Below are positions 8,187 through 9,764 of a DNA stretch of 9,764 bases, in pieces. Both the position numbers and the translations under genes were made by a program. The stretch is from Octopus sinensis (lineage: Eukaryota): the NCBI RefSeq assembly GCF_006345805.1, contig NW_021827812.1:1-9764 (forward strand), read 5' to 3'. Positions within the stretch are counted from its first letter, which is position 1, and each line of letters opens with the position of its first letter. A model generated the notes under the pieces. It saw only the letters and a program-made list of their open reading frames with translations. It was not told the DNA's origin and searched no databases.

Positions 8187-8310
8187 GAAGGCGCTTGGCT
8201 AAGTGGTCAGAGCGCCTGACATACAATCGTGAGGTTCTAATTTCAATACCTGGACCAGACTTTGTGCTGTTTTGAGCAAGACATTGAGCAAGGCATTTTA
8301 TTTCACGTTT
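8187..8310 (+). mobile_element. tRNA-derived SINE, family 3, head only (copy G)
   Basis: Canonical A-box TGGCTAAGTGG (8196-8206) and degenerate B-box ATTTCAATACC (8240-8250), then a TTGAGCAAGACA core-like motif tandemly duplicated at 8272-8295. Confidence 0.75.
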
Positions 8311-8788
8311 GTGATAGTATATGACTGCAGAATATTTTATGTTTTAGCAAAGATTATTAGATTATTTAATGACTACTAATCTTAATTTTCTAATAATCTA
8401 TAAACTATTAATCTTGCTTGCTTGCAATGTTACACAGCCAAACTGGCGCATAATAGGAAAATAATTTGAAATTAAACCGCCCCAGAAATGTGAATACGAA
8501 CGTAATAAAACAAATTTCGTGTAAATCGAACCAGTAATTATTGTGATATTCGTGGTTTTGTGGTATAAATACCCAAAATTTTGCATAATCAAAAATATTC
8601 CGAAAATAATTTCACACTGAAAGGGAAGAAACTCTAAATTTTCCAGTAGATTCATTATGGTAGGCAAAATATTTTAAAGTGAAAATGACGGTAAATATTT
8701 CGTAAAAGACCCGTTCGTAATGTAGGTGTCAAATAGATTTTTTTCCATAGGTTTCTTTCGAGTGCATCCAACGTATCTCACCTCCAAA

Positions 8789-8899
8789 ATTTGGCTGATA
8801 TTTCTAGCACGCCCTGGCTCCACGTAACATCTATTTACGATAAAGGACCCAAAAAACCTGTTACCTGGTAGCAGGGCGTGCAAGAAATCGCAGCCAAAT
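8789..8899. repeat. Imperfect inverted repeat: 41-bp arms, 29-nt spacer
   Basis: 8789-8829 versus the reverse complement of 8859-8899: 34 of 41 ungapped, and 25 of 28 in the outer part. Confidence 0.9.
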
Positions 8900-9064
8900 C
8901 TTATTTTTTTCTGGTGAAAGGAGCCGTTTAGCATGATTTCGATGTCACATTCGTTGAAAGCATGCGAAATAGTATGGAAGAGAAAAACCCAGGAAACAAA
9001 ACTCCGTTACTGGGAAACACACCTCCACGGTGAGCCAAGGGGTCTCGGATATCCTAGTTAATCA

Positions 9065-9113
9065 CGCAGACGTGGCTGTGTATTAAGAATCTTGTTTCCC
9101 ACTACCATGGCTC
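9065..9113 (+). mobile_element. SINE family 1, short 5' fragment (copy H)
   Basis: GCAGACGTGGCTGTGTATTAAGAATCTTGTTTCCCACTACCATGG resembles the head of copy B (CAGGCGTGGCTGTGTGGTAAGAAGCTT...). Confidence 0.65.
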
Positions 9114-9229
9114 TTATATTTGTATATATTTATATTCTTTCAGCTCCATTGCCTTAAATTTTTAGTCGCCTTTATTATGCATGAAGTTATTCCATATATT
9201 TTTCTTCATTCGACTTCACTCGTATTACC

Positions 9230-9444
9230 TATTTCTTTATTACCCACAAGGGGCTAAACACAGAGGGGACAAACAAGGACAAACATAGGTATTAAGTCGA
9301 TTACATTGACCCCAGTGCGTAACTGGTACTTAATTTATCGACCCCGAAAGGATGAAAGGCAAAGTGGACCTTGGCGAAATTTGAACTCACAACGTAACGG
9401 CAGACGAAATACGGCTACGCATTTCCCCCGGCGTTTTAACGTTT
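9230..9444 (-). mobile_element. SINE family 2, near full-length, slightly 5'-truncated, with an 11-bp TSD (copy F)
   Basis: Minus-strand B-box GAGTTCAAATT (9378-9388) and tail ...GTGGGTAATAAAGAAATA. Flanked by the exact direct repeat CTCGTATTACC at 9219-9229 and 9445-9455. Confidence 0.92.
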
Positions 9445-9764
9445 CTCGTATTACCCTTTCAGGTTTTATCACCTTTTATTCGTGTAAATGTGTATATTTT
9501 ATACTGCTGGCTTTTACCATTAGATGCCCTATTATTTTAATATATATTTACATTTGAGTTTTTATAATTTGCTGAGTCTGCGTTCTTTTTTTGTTTTTCG
9601 AGTATGAACACGTGGTTATATGTACATATATTTATTCTGTCTTTTCAAATTTTTTCTATTATCGAATCTAATTAGCCTTTGGACATACACCTTTTTTATG
9701 TATATATCAGCAATAACTTTCACACTGATAATGCCTTCTCACTATATTGCAAAAATAAAATCTT

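Noticed and set aside
8187-8260. Possible tRNA gene (also the heads at 188 and 4098)
   Set aside because: A and B boxes are present, but I see no complete cloverleaf or T-run terminator, and SINE body sequence follows.
8351-8399. 11-bp inverted repeat AGATTATTAGA/TCTAATAATCT
   Set aside because: Low-complexity AT-rich sequence that does not extend.
8737-9489. Acceptor-like sites at 8750, 9143 and 9462 (also 1056, 1222, 3583, 4258)
   Set aside because: No convincing donor partner or a stop follows soon; such sites are frequent in T-rich introns.

Overview
AT-rich eukaryotic genomic DNA, most likely from an octopus or related coleoid cephalopod. That assignment rests on my recognition of the SINE sequences and the very high microsatellite load, not on a search. 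Almost all ORFs in the supplied track are artefacts of microsatellites or SINEs. The window holds at least nine tRNA-derived SINE copies or fragments from three families, many (TA)n, (CA)n, (CT)n and (ATT)n tracts, and two inverted repeats: a near-perfect 204-bp one at 4577-4780 and a 111-bp one at 8789-8899. The most interesting signal is a possible + strand spliced gene. It has a plausible 101-nt coding exon (6937-7037) preceded by two candidate microexons (8 nt at 5586-5593, 7 nt at 5819-5825) and possibly an 81-nt exon (2141-2221). These join into one open frame encoding a peptide I do not recognise. A decayed SINE also carries a perfect pyrimidine-CAG|GTAAGT motif (7812-7833) of the recursive-splice or exonisation type. 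The gene model comes from splice signals and frame only and needs RNA-seq.
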